DNA from: an uncultured Acidobacteriota bacterium
GTDB lineage: Bacteria > Acidobacteriota > Thermoanaerobaculia > UBA5066
Reading direction: 5' to 3'
Length of the DNA: 64,000 nucleotides
Assembly: GCA_963779415.1 (NCBI GenBank)
Contig: CAVZYA010000003.1
Span: forward strand, 160,001-224,000
Shown here: piece by piece, positions 11,791-20,192 of the stretch
Numbering within the stretch: position 1 is the first letter of the stretch
How the letters are laid out: each line of letters starts with the position of its first letter
Position numbers and translations under genes: made by a program
The notes under the pieces: model-generated
The model's database searches: none
What the model saw: only the letters and a program-made list of their open reading frames with translations
Told to the model about the DNA's origin: nothing

Positions 11791-12486
11791 GTGAGGAAGG
11801 CCTTTGTCGGCTTGGGCACTTTCGGCCTTCTCGTCCTTCTGGCTCAGTGTCCCGATCGGAGAGGACGGGAGGCTCGCCGCGACGTCCGAAACGTCGAGAT
11901 CTGGCTGAAGAGCGGCGAGAACGCCCTCGATCGCGCGGATGATCCCGCGGTCGCCGTGGACGAGTTCCGCCGGGTCCTCGGAAAGGTTCCATCGCACTAC
12001 GAAGCGACGTATCGGCTCGCCGTCGCCCTCGACCGCGCGGGGAGGCCGGAAGAGGCGCGCTCCTTCTGGGAAAAGACGCTGACCTTGGCTGACGCCCGAC
12101 AGGACGCGCCGCGGATCGCGGCGGCACGCCTGCGGCTGGGAAGACCCTTCCCGGACCCTCCGCTTCCTCAGGGGACGAAGCGGCCCCCCCGGTCGTCTCG
12201 ATGCGCGCCGCCGCGGGCACGAACGAGGAGATGATGAAGAAGGGTCTCTGACCTTCTCTACGCGAAGGGCGACCCGGCGGCGGCCGCGACGCCCTTCCGG
12301 ACGGTCCTCGAGAGGAACCCGACGCACTACGGCGCAACCTACCAGCTCGCCGTTGCGCTCGAGCGATCCGGCAATCGGGCTGAAGCGCTCCCGCTCTGGC
12401 AGAAGGTTCTCGTAATGGCGCAGAGATACCGCGACGAGGAGACTGCGCGGACCGCCCGAATCCACCTCGGGCAGTCACCAAAGTGA
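11791..12486 (+). CDS. Exported TPR-like protein with two internal repeats, frameshifted
   Basis: FRRVLGKVPSHYEATYRLAVALDRAG..ARSFWEK and, in another frame, FRTVLERNPTHYGATYQLAVALERSG..ALPLWQK; stop at 12484-12486. Confidence 0.65.
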
Positions 12487-12490
12487 GCGA

Positions 12491-13401
12491 TCAGTTCGTC
12501 ACGCGATCCTGGGCAGCTCCAAGGTAGTAGAGGCCGAGGATGGCATCGCGCGTCTCGCCGCGCCGGGCCCTCTCGATCGCCCCGGCCTGACACATTCCCG
12601 CGCCGTGCCCCGTGCCGTGTCCGGTGAGGAAGTACTCGGCCCGCGACTCGGCCATCTCGAAGGCCGTCGAGCGGACCGACGCCCACCCCCAGATCTCGGA
12701 TGCGCTCTTCCGGAAATCGAAGCCGCGGACGACGCGCGAGGCGCCTCCCGGCGCCGCGAGCCGGATCATCGAGACGCGGCCGGTGTCGTCCCGGCCGTAG
12801 ACCTCGAGGAACCGGGCCTCGGGTATCCCGAGCGACTCGGCGAGGCGCGGATCTCCCTTCGCGGGATCGAGAAGCTCCACGAATAGCCGGGGGCTCCGAC
12901 GCAGGCGTCGTCCTCCACCGGGACGAGATCGGGATAGTCCTCGTCGTCCCAGACGTCGCGCGGGCGCGCGGTCTTCCCGCCGCAGCAGGCGTGGAAGGGC
13001 GCCGCGATGACCCGGCCGTTCTGGACGAGGACCACTCCCTCCGTCGCCCGCGCCGCCGCGCGGGTCTCCTCGGTCGCGGAAGAAAGGCCGCGAAAGACCT
13101 GGCAGTGGACGCCGTCGCAGAGATCCGCCCCCTCGTCGGCGTGCCGTGTCCGGCGCGCGAGCGCGTACGAGCGGGTCGCCACGGCCTGGGCTTCGAGCGC
13201 CGCCGCGGGAGCCCGGCGCCCCATCTCCCCAGGGAGGACGGCGGCGACGTAGACCTCGACGGGGATCTCCTCGACCTGACCGGTGGCCGTCCGAAAGATC
13301 CGCAGCGTCCGCCCGTCGGGGCCGGAGGCCACGGCGCGCGCCACGAGGCGCGGCGCCGCGAGGAAGGCCGCGCCGAGAACCAGGAACCTCCGCCGAGTCA
13401 C
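12491..13401 (-). CDS. SpoIID/LytB-domain lytic transglycosylase with Tat-like signal, frameshift near 12850
   Basis: MTRRRFL; YVAAVLPGEM..ALEAQAVATRSYA..LCDGVHCQVF; GHGTGHGAGMCQAGA..ILGLYY. Confidence 0.85.
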
Positions 13402-13433
13402 GCCGGGCGATTGTAGACTCGCCGCGCCTCCCG

Positions 13434-14744
13434 ATGAGCGAACCGTCTCGCGCCCTCGCGCGCCGGCTCGGCCCGTTCGACGCGGCCATGATCGTCATGG
13501 GAGGGATGGTCGGCGCCGGGATCTTCGTCAATCCCGCCGTCGTCGCGCACGAGGTCCCGTCGGCGGCCCTGAGCGTCCTCGCATGGGCCGCCGGAGGAGC
13601 CATCGCGCTCGCCGGCGCGTTTCTCTACGCCGAGCTGGCCGAGAGGCTCCCCGAAGCGGGCGGGCAGTACGCCTACCTCCGCGACGCATGGCATCCGCTT
13701 CTCGGATTTCTCTACGGCTGGACGCTCCTCCTCGTCACCGGGAGCGGAGGGCAGGCGGCGGTCGCGATGACCTTCGCCCGCTACCTGAAGGTCCTGACCG
13801 GGATCGACGCGCCGGAAGGGGCGATGGCCGTGGCGACGCTCGCGGGGGTCGCCGCGGTCAACCTTCTCGGCGTCCGCGCAGGAGGAAGCCTTCAGTCGGC
13901 CCTGATGGTGACGAAGGCGCTCGCCATCGCCCTCCTCGTCTTCGCCGGGCTCCTCGCCGCGGGCGTCCCGGCCGCGGGAGCGGACGCGTCTTCCGCCATC
14001 CCGGCGGCCTCCCTCGTGGCCGCGTTCGGCGCCGCGCTCGTCCCGGTCTTCTTCGCCTACGGCGGGTACCAGAACTCGGGCTTCGCGGCCGAGGAGCTGA
14101 AGAACCCGGAGCGAGACCTTCCGCGCGGGCTCCTCATCGGCGTGGCGGGCGTAATCCTCCTCTACATCTCCGTCGCGTGGGTCTCCGTCCGCGCTCTCGG
14201 CCCGGCCGGTCTTGCCGTGACCGGAACACCGGCTTCGGACGTGATGACCCGCGCACTCGGACCCGCCGGCGGGAAGCTGATCGCCCTCGGGATCGCCATC
14301 TCGACGCTCGGCTTCCTGTCGCACGGCGTCCTGACGCTTCCCCGCGCCTACTTCGCGATGGCGCGGGACGGCGTCTTTTTCCGGACGGTCGCGACGCTGA
14401 CGAGCAGGACCCGGGTCCCCGCGTTCGCGATCCTCGTTCAGGCCGGGGTCGCGGCGGCGCTCGCTCTCTCCGGAAAATACGAGCAGATCCTCGGCTTCGT
14501 CATGTCGGTCGACGTCCTCTTCTTCGCGGCGACCGGCGCGGCGCTCTTCGTCTTCCGGCGGCGCGGCCGGCCCGCTCCCCCGCGTCTCTCTCCCCGGCCA
14601 TCCCTTACGATGCTCGTCTTCATCTCGGCCTGTCTCTTCGTCGCCGGGAGCACCTGGGCTCGCTACCCGGCCAACTCGGCCGTCGGGCTGGGGCTCCTCC
14701 TTTCGGGCGTTCCGGCGTATCTTTTCTGGAGCCGGAAGCGATGA
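13434..14744 (+). CDS. APC-family amino acid permease
   Basis: MIVMGGMVGAGIFVNP, YAELAERLPEAGGQYAYL, FAYGGY..AEELKNPERDLPRG; about 12 TM segments. Confidence 0.9.
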   Translation: MSEPSRALARRLGPFDAAMIVMGGMVGAGIFVNPAVVAHEVPSAALSVLAWAAGGAIALAGAFLYAELAERLPEAGGQYAYLRDAWHPLLGFLYGWTLLLVTGSGGQAAVAMTFARYLKVLTGIDAPEGAMAVATLAGVAAVNLLGVRAGGSLQSALMVTKALAIALLVFAGLLAAGVPAAGADASSAIPAASLVAAFGAALVPVFFAYGGYQNSGFAAEELKNPERDLPRGLLIGVAGVILLYISVAWVSVRALGPAGLAVTGTPASDVMTRALGPAGGKLIALGIAISTLGFLSHGVLTLPRAYFAMARDGVFFRTVATLTSRTRVPAFAILVQAGVAAALALSGKYEQILGFVMSVDVLFFAATGAALFVFRRRGRPAPPRLSPRPSLTMLVFISACLFVAGSTWARYPANSAVGLGLLLSGVPAYLFWSRKR

Positions 14745-15827
14745 CGCGCACGACTTCATCCCCGTACATGGAGTGGGCAAAGACCCGCTCCGCCTCCCGC
14801 TTCAACCTCGCCCGGAGCGGCGTTCCGGACCAGCCGCTCGCCGCGATCGGGGCGACAGCTCGACGACGTCGAGACGAGCGGCGGAGACGGGTACGGCTGG
14901 GGACCTCTTCTCGAAGCGATCGCCCGGCGATTCGGGACCTCCCCGGACTGCGTCGTCCACCTCCCCGGAACGTCGATGGCGAACTTCGTCGCGCTGGCCG
15001 GGCTCGTCGGCCCGGGGGACGACGTCGTCGCCGAGGCGCCGACATACGAGCTGATGCTCTCGGCCGCCCGGTTCCTCGGGGCGAACATCGTCCCCTTCAT
15101 CCGGAGAGAGGAGAGCGGCTGGGCGGTCGATCCGGAGGACGTCGAGAGGGCGATCACCCCGCGGACGCGCGTCATCGCCCTGACGAACCTCCACAACCCG
15201 TCGAGCGCGCGGATTCCGGACGAGATTCTCTTCCGCGTCGGCGCGATCGCGCGCGCGGCCGGCGTCCGGGTCCTCGTCGACGAGGTCTATCTCGAGGCGC
15301 TCTACGAGACCCCCATGCCCACCTCCCACCGGCTCGGCCCGGAGTTCGTCGTGACGTCGAGCCTCACGAAGGCCTACGGCCTCTCGGGTCTCCGCTGCGG
15401 CTGGGTCCTTGCGGAGCCGGACGTCGCCCGCCGCCTCTGGCGGCTCAACGATCTCTTCGGGGTCAACCATGCGCGCCCGGCGGAGACGCTTGCCCTCCGC
15501 GCCATTGCGAAGCTCACCGACCTCGCCCCCGGCTTCCGGACGCTCCTCGAGACGAACCGCGCGCTCTTCACCGAGTTCCTCGCCGGGCGCCAAGACATCT
15601 CCTGCTTCGTCCCGCCGCACGGCACCGTCGTCTTCCCGAAGCTGTTGACGACCGACGACGCCGCTCTCTGCCGGCTTCTAAGGGAAAAGTACGAGACGAC
15701 CGTCGTCCCCGGCGAGTTCTTCGGCCGCGCCGACCATGTCCGGATCGGCCTGTGCGTCGAGAGCGAGGTCTTCCGCGAGGGGATCGACCGGCTGGGGCAG
15801 GCGCTGGACGAGATCTCGAAGGGCTAG
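14741..15827 (+). CDS. PLP-dependent aminotransferase class I/II, frameshift near 14855
   Basis: ATGA overlap with the permease stop; TNLHNPS, VDEVY, SLTKAYGLSGLRCGW. Confidence 0.85.
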
Positions 15828-15891
15828 CGGCGACCCGAGGACCTGGGGCGGGCGACGGAGCGGGCGATCATTCACGCCTAGAATGTCCCCG

Positions 15892-16116
15892 ATGGCAATG
15901 GAGATCCGCCCGCGAACCATCGATTCGGAGGCCGCAAGACAATTCAGGGGGACGGCCGAAGAGAGGATGCGCGCGGCGCTCGTGGCAGGTGACCTGGCCC
16001 TTCAGCTCTTTCTGGCCACGCAGCCTCCCGGCACGAGCGTCGAGGAGGCCCGCCGCCGGCTTCAGCGGGCAGCGCACGCCGGGCGGCGGCCGTCCCGTTG
16101 TACGGATGAGCCGTGA
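15892..16116 (+). CDS. Small hypothetical protein (74 aa), antitoxin-like partner of the downstream nucleotidyltransferase
   Basis: TAGAAT 7 nt before ATG; GTGA overlap with the next ORF. Confidence 0.5.
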   Translation: MAMEIRPRTIDSEAARQFRGTAEERMRAALVAGDLALQLFLATQPPGTSVEEARRRLQRAAHAGRRPSRCTDEP

Positions 16117-16496
16117 AAACGACGCTTCTGGCCCGTGTCCTCGAGGTGCTCGAGGGGCGCGGCGCGCGGCCCGCTCTCATCGGAGGGATGGCGCTCGCGG
16201 CGCACGGCGTCGGCCGGGCGACTCAGGACTTCGACATTCTGGTCCTAGACGCCGCCGTCCTCTCCGAGAAGCCGTGGACTGCTCTCCGGGAGTCCGGAGT
16301 CGAGATCGAAATCCGGCGGGGCGACGCCGCCGACCTGGTCCTCCTGAAGCTCGATGCGGGCGGGCCGCAGGACCGGCTCGACATTCGGCTGCTCCTGCGG
16401 GGCCCGGCCGGCCCTGCGCTCCGCACCGAGGTGGAGAGCCGCCTCGCCGCGCTGCCGCAGCCGCTCCGCGACGCGTGGATCACCCTGGAGGATTAG
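16113..16496 (+). CDS. Nucleotidyltransferase-fold (AbiEii-like) protein, short, possibly internally deleted
   Basis: IGGMALAAHGVGRATQDFDIL and ADLVLLKL.AGGPQD..DI motifs in only 127 aa. Confidence 0.6.
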   Translation: MKTTLLARVLEVLEGRGARPALIGGMALAAHGVGRATQDFDILVLDAAVLSEKPWTALRESGVEIEIRRGDAADLVLLKLDAGGPQDRLDIRLLLRGPAGPALRTEVESRLAALPQPLRDAWITLED

Positions 16497-16570
16497 AGCC
16501 TCAAGGGGCGGCCATTCGGAATGGCGACGTTCGCCTGCCCCGAACGACTCTATAATTGATAATTGAGACG

Positions 16571-16640
16571 CGACCCCGGTCGAAACGACCCCGGTCGAAA
16601 CGAAGGGGTCACGAAACGAAAGGGTCAGGTTTTGCACCTG
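16571..16640. repeat. Intergenic tandem-repeat / hairpin element (REP-like)
   Basis: Exact 15-mer CGACCCCGGTCGAAA twice, then CGAAGGGGTCACGAAA, CGAAAGGGTCAGG and hairpin CAGGT-TTTGC-ACCTG. Confidence 0.7.
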
Positions 16641-16644
16641 TAGT

Positions 16645-17151
16645 CTACGGGGAGTTCCTTCCGGGGTGTGCGGCGTCGGCCTCGCCGCGAAGGGTCGCGA
16701 CGGCGTGCGGGAGGACGGGGGCAATCGCTTCGAGGCACTCGACGGCGCCCTTCGGCGAGCCGGGGAGGTTGACGACGAGCGTTCTCTTCCGGACGCCCGC
16801 TACCTGCCGGGAGAGGATGGCCGTCGGGACGGCGGCGCGCGTCGCGGAACGCATCGCCTCTGCGAGGCCCGGAACGTCGTAGTCGATCGCGGCGCGCGTG
16901 GCCTGCGGCGTCACGTCGCGTGGCGAAAGGCCCGTCCCGCCGGTCGTCAGGACGAGATCCACGGATCCGCCGTCCGCAAGGCGCGAGATTTCCGCTCCGA
17001 TTCCCGCCGCGTCGTCGGGAATCACCTTCGTCTCGACGATCTCCGCTGTGAGCAGGAAACGCCGGACGGCCCCTTCGACGGCCGGCCCGCCCCGGTCTTC
17101 CCTCTCGCCTCGGGCGGAACGGTCGGAGATCGTCAGTACCGCGACCCGCAT
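16645..17151 (-). CDS. mog: Molybdopterin adenylyltransferase (MogA/MoaB)
   Basis: VLTISDR, LTTGGTGLSPRDVTPQAT, VNLPGSPKG. Confidence 0.9.
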   Translation of the reverse strand: MRVAVLTISDRSARGEREDRGGPAVEGAVRRFLLTAEIVETKVIPDDAAGIGAEISRLADGGSVDLVLTTGGTGLSPRDVTPQATRAAIDYDVPGLAEAMRSATRAAVPTAILSRQVAGVRKRTLVVNLPGSPKGAVECLEAIAPVLPHAVATLRGEADAAHPGRNSP

Positions 17152-17173
17152 CCGGCGGATTCTCTCAGGGACT

Positions 17174-18187
17174 CTATCCCCCGATCTCGGACATGTTCCG
17201 GGCGTGAAGGGGAAGCATGTTCTTCTGCATCCCGACGAACATCGGGTGGCGCTCCTCCTTCACGGCGGCGGCATGCTCGACGAGAGCGGCGAGATCGGTG
17301 TCCGATGCCCCCGCCCGCATCGGCCGGAGGAGATCGACGTCGTTGTGCCCGAAAAGGCACCCCTTCAGGAAGCCGTCCTGGGTCAGCCGCATCCGGTTGC
17401 AGGTGTCGCAGAAGCGGTCCGAGACGGGGGTGATGAAGCCGATCGTCCCGCGGTGCTCGCCGAGAGCCGAGACGACGTGATACTCGTCCGCGGGGCCCGC
17501 CACCTCGCTCTTTTCGGCGGGCGAAAGGCCGTAGCCCGCGGCGACGAGACGTTCCTTCACCTCGTGCCACCCCATCCAGTCGGCGTCCGTCCAGCCGTTG
17601 TTCCCGAACGGCATGAACTCGATGAACCGGACTCCGAGGTTCTTCTCGTGCGTCATCGCCGCGAGCGGGAGGATCTGGTCGTCGTTGAAGCCGCGGATGA
17701 CGACGGCGTTGATCTTCACGGAGTCGAACGGGAGCGAGAGGGCGAGGTCGATCGAGTCGAGGACGGGCTGAAAGTGGTCGCGGCGCGCCAGCTTCCGGAA
17801 GTGCTCGGCCTCGGCCGCGTCGAGCGAGACGTTCACCCTCGTGAGGCCGGCGGCGAGAAGGCCGTGAGCCATCCTCGGGAAGAGGACGCCGTTCGTCGAG
17901 AGGGCGATTCCGCCCGGAAAGCCGATCGCCGAGAGATCCCTGACGATGTCGACGAGATCGGGGCGCGTCGTCGGCTCGCCCCCCGTGACGCGCACTTTCG
18001 TGACGCCGAAGGAGGCGAGAAGCGCGGCGGCGCGGCGGATCTCCTCCCGCGTCATCAGGTGCGGAAGCGGCCGGAAGGTCTGGTTCTCCGGCATGCAGTA
18101 GATGCAGCGGAGATTGCACCGGTCCGTGATCGAGATCCGGACGTACGTGATACGCCTGCCGTGGCCGTCGATGAGGGTCTCTTGCAA
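17174..18187 (-). CDS. moaA: GTP 3',8-cyclase
   Basis: RISITDRCNLRCIYCMP, FCDTCNRMRLT..G.LKGCLF, C-terminal MSEIGG. Confidence 0.95.
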   Translation of the reverse strand: MQETLIDGHGRRITYVRISITDRCNLRCIYCMPENQTFRPLPHLMTREEIRRAAALLASFGVTKVRVTGGEPTTRPDLVDIVRDLSAIGFPGGIALSTNGVLFPRMAHGLLAAGLTRVNVSLDAAEAEHFRKLARRDHFQPVLDSIDLALSLPFDSVKINAVVIRGFNDDQILPLAAMTHEKNLGVRFIEFMPFGNNGWTDADWMGWHEVKERLVAAGYGLSPAEKSEVAGPADEYHVVSALGEHRGTIGFITPVSDRFCDTCNRMRLTQDGFLKGCLFGHNDVDLLRPMRAGASDTDLAALVEHAAAVKEERHPMFVGMQKNMLPLHARNMSEIGG

Positions 18188-18252
18188 CCCGCTCCCCCCT
18201 TCCTGAGAGTCTATCTCGACGAAATGGGGAGAATGAAGGCTAGACTCGGCAC

Positions 18253-18672
18253 GTGGTTCTGGGTTCCGTCCGGGAAACCTTCCGCGCGATCGCGACGACC
18301 GTCGTCCCCGAGGCCGGGGGGCTCGACGCGGCGGGGTGGGCAGAACTCGAGCGTTTGGTTGAAAAGACCCTCGAGCCTCGCCCCGCGGCGGTGAAGCGGC
18401 AGCTTCAGCTTCTGATCCGCGCCATCGGATTCCTCCCGATCCTCCGCCGCGGCAAGCGCTTCACCTCCCTCTCCCCGTGCGAGAGGGCGGCGTTCCTGTC
18501 GGGGATCGAGAACGCGCCCGTCGTTCTTCTCCGCCGCGGCTTCTGGGGAATCCGGACGCTCGTTTTTCTCGGTTACTACGCGCGCCCCGAAGCCGGCCGC
18601 GAGATCGGATACAGGGCCCACCCGCGCGGGTGGGAAGCGCGAAGAGCGGCCGGCGCCGGGACGTCCCGATGA
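18253..18672 (+). CDS. Gluconate 2-dehydrogenase subunit 3-like small protein
   Basis: RFTSLS..ERAAFL..RRGFWGIRTLVFLGYY..PE...IGY pattern; coupled to the GMC gene. Confidence 0.6.
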   Translation: MVLGSVRETFRAIATTVVPEAGGLDAAGWAELERLVEKTLEPRPAAVKRQLQLLIRAIGFLPILRRGKRFTSLSPCERAAFLSGIENAPVVLLRRGFWGIRTLVFLGYYARPEAGREIGYRAHPRGWEARRAAGAGTSR

Positions 18673-20192
18673 TCGAAAAGAGCTTCGACGTCGTCATCGT
18701 CGGCTCGGGGGCCGGAGGCGGCACGGTGGCTGAAGGGCTCGCCCCGCTCGCGCGCGCCGGGTACCGGATCCTCGTCGTGGAGCAGGGGGCGCGCCTGAAG
18801 GACTCGGAGTTCACGGGGCAGGAGGTGGACATGGCCGACGCCCTCTACGAAGAAGGCGGCGGCTTCCTGACGGCCGAGGGGACGATGACGCTCGCCTTCG
18901 GGCGGGCGTGGGGAGGCTCCACCGTCGTCTACACGGGGACGTCGCTCATCGCTCCGGAGCGCGTCATCCGGAAGTGGAATGTCGCGGGCCTTTCGCACGA
19001 CGACGTCGAGAGGCGCTCGAAGCGCTTCGCCGGGGAGAACAACGTCCACCTTCTCTCCCCCGACCTCCTCAACGAGAACAACCGGCTCTTCGTCGAGGGG
19101 TGCGAGAAGGCGGGCTACCGCGCCGAGCAGTTCCCCCTGAACCTGAAAGGGTGCCTCGGGTCGAGCCTCTGCAATCTCGGCTGTCCGAACGGCGCCAAGC
19201 AGGGGACGCACCGCGTCCAGCTTCCGAAGGCCCTCGCGGAGGGGGTCACGGCGGTCACGCGCGCCGAAGCCCTTCGGATCGAGGAGCGCCGGGTGATCCT
19301 CCGGGTGACGGCCCCCGGTCCCGGCGAAAAAGGCGAGCTCTCCGAGTGGGCGCCGGGCGAGTACGCCGTCAGCGCGAAAGCCGTCGTGACGGCGGGAGGC
19401 GCCGTCGGGACCCCCGCGCTTCTTCTCCGTTCCGGCTTCGGCTCGCGCCTGCCGCGCCTCGGCGAGGGCTTCACCTGCCACCCGGCGCACATCCTCGTCG
19501 GGGAGCATCCGCAGCCGATCACGAACGACGTCGGCCACCCGAAGAGCTTCTTTCTGGACCGGGCCGTCGAGGAGGGATTCCTCCTCGAGACCTGCATGTA
19601 CTTCCCCTTCACGACGGCGAAGAACCTGACCGGCTTCGGCGCGCCGCACAGCGCCCTGATGCGAGCCTTCTCGCGCCTGCAGATGATCCTCGTCCTGGCC
19701 TGCGACAAGGCCGTGCCGGGGAACCGCGTCACGGTGGACGCCGCCGGAAAGCCGGTCGTCCACTACACCTTCACGCCCGAGACGGTCGCCTCCCTCGTCC
19801 GCGCCACGCGCGCCGCGTCGCGAATTTTCTTCGCCGCGGGCGCGCTCCGGGTCCACGCCCCCTCCGCCGATCCGCCGCTCCTCTCGCGCGAGGAATCCGG
19901 AGCGATCGACACCCGGATCCACGAGCGGAACTTCCGCGCCGGGAAGATCTCCGTCTCGGCCGCCCACCTGATGGGTGGATGCGGAATGGGGACGGGCGCG
20001 TCCGACTCGGTCACCGACGCATGGGGGCGGGTTCACGGCCTGCCGTGGCTCTTCGCCGCCGATGCGAGCCTCTTCCCCGACTCGCTCGAGATCAATCCCT
20101 ACCTCACGATCATGGCGCTCGCCGACCGCGCCGCCGAGCGGATCCGCGAGGAGGCCGGGGCGCTCCTCGGGGCTCCGGGGCGGGCCGCATGA
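18669..20192 (+). CDS. GMC-family flavin oxidoreductase
   Basis: DVVIVGSGAGGG, CLGSSLCNLGCP, SAAHLMGGCGMG, ADASLFP...INPYLTIMALA. Confidence 0.9.
   Translation: MIEKSFDVVIVGSGAGGGTVAEGLAPLARAGYRILVVEQGARLKDSEFTGQEVDMADALYEEGGGFLTAEGTMTLAFGRAWGGSTVVYTGTSLIAPERVIRKWNVAGLSHDDVERRSKRFAGENNVHLLSPDLLNENNRLFVEGCEKAGYRAEQFPLNLKGCLGSSLCNLGCPNGAKQGTHRVQLPKALAEGVTAVTRAEALRIEERRVILRVTAPGPGEKGELSEWAPGEYAVSAKAVVTAGGAVGTPALLLRSGFGSRLPRLGEGFTCHPAHILVGEHPQPITNDVGHPKSFFLDRAVEEGFLLETCMYFPFTTAKNLTGFGAPHSALMRAFSRLQMILVLACDKAVPGNRVTVDAAGKPVVHYTFTPETVASLVRATRAASRIFFAAGALRVHAPSADPPLLSREESGAIDTRIHERNFRAGKISVSAAHLMGGCGMGTGASDSVTDAWGRVHGLPWLFAADASLFPDSLEINPYLTIMALADRAAERIREEAGALLGAPGRAA

Noticed and set aside
5951-15827. 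Programmed frameshifting or true pseudogenes in wecB, the GTs, SpoIID and the aminotransferase
   Set aside because: Breaks are numerous, not at consistent slippery sites, and fade along the window, so sequencing error is more parsimonious
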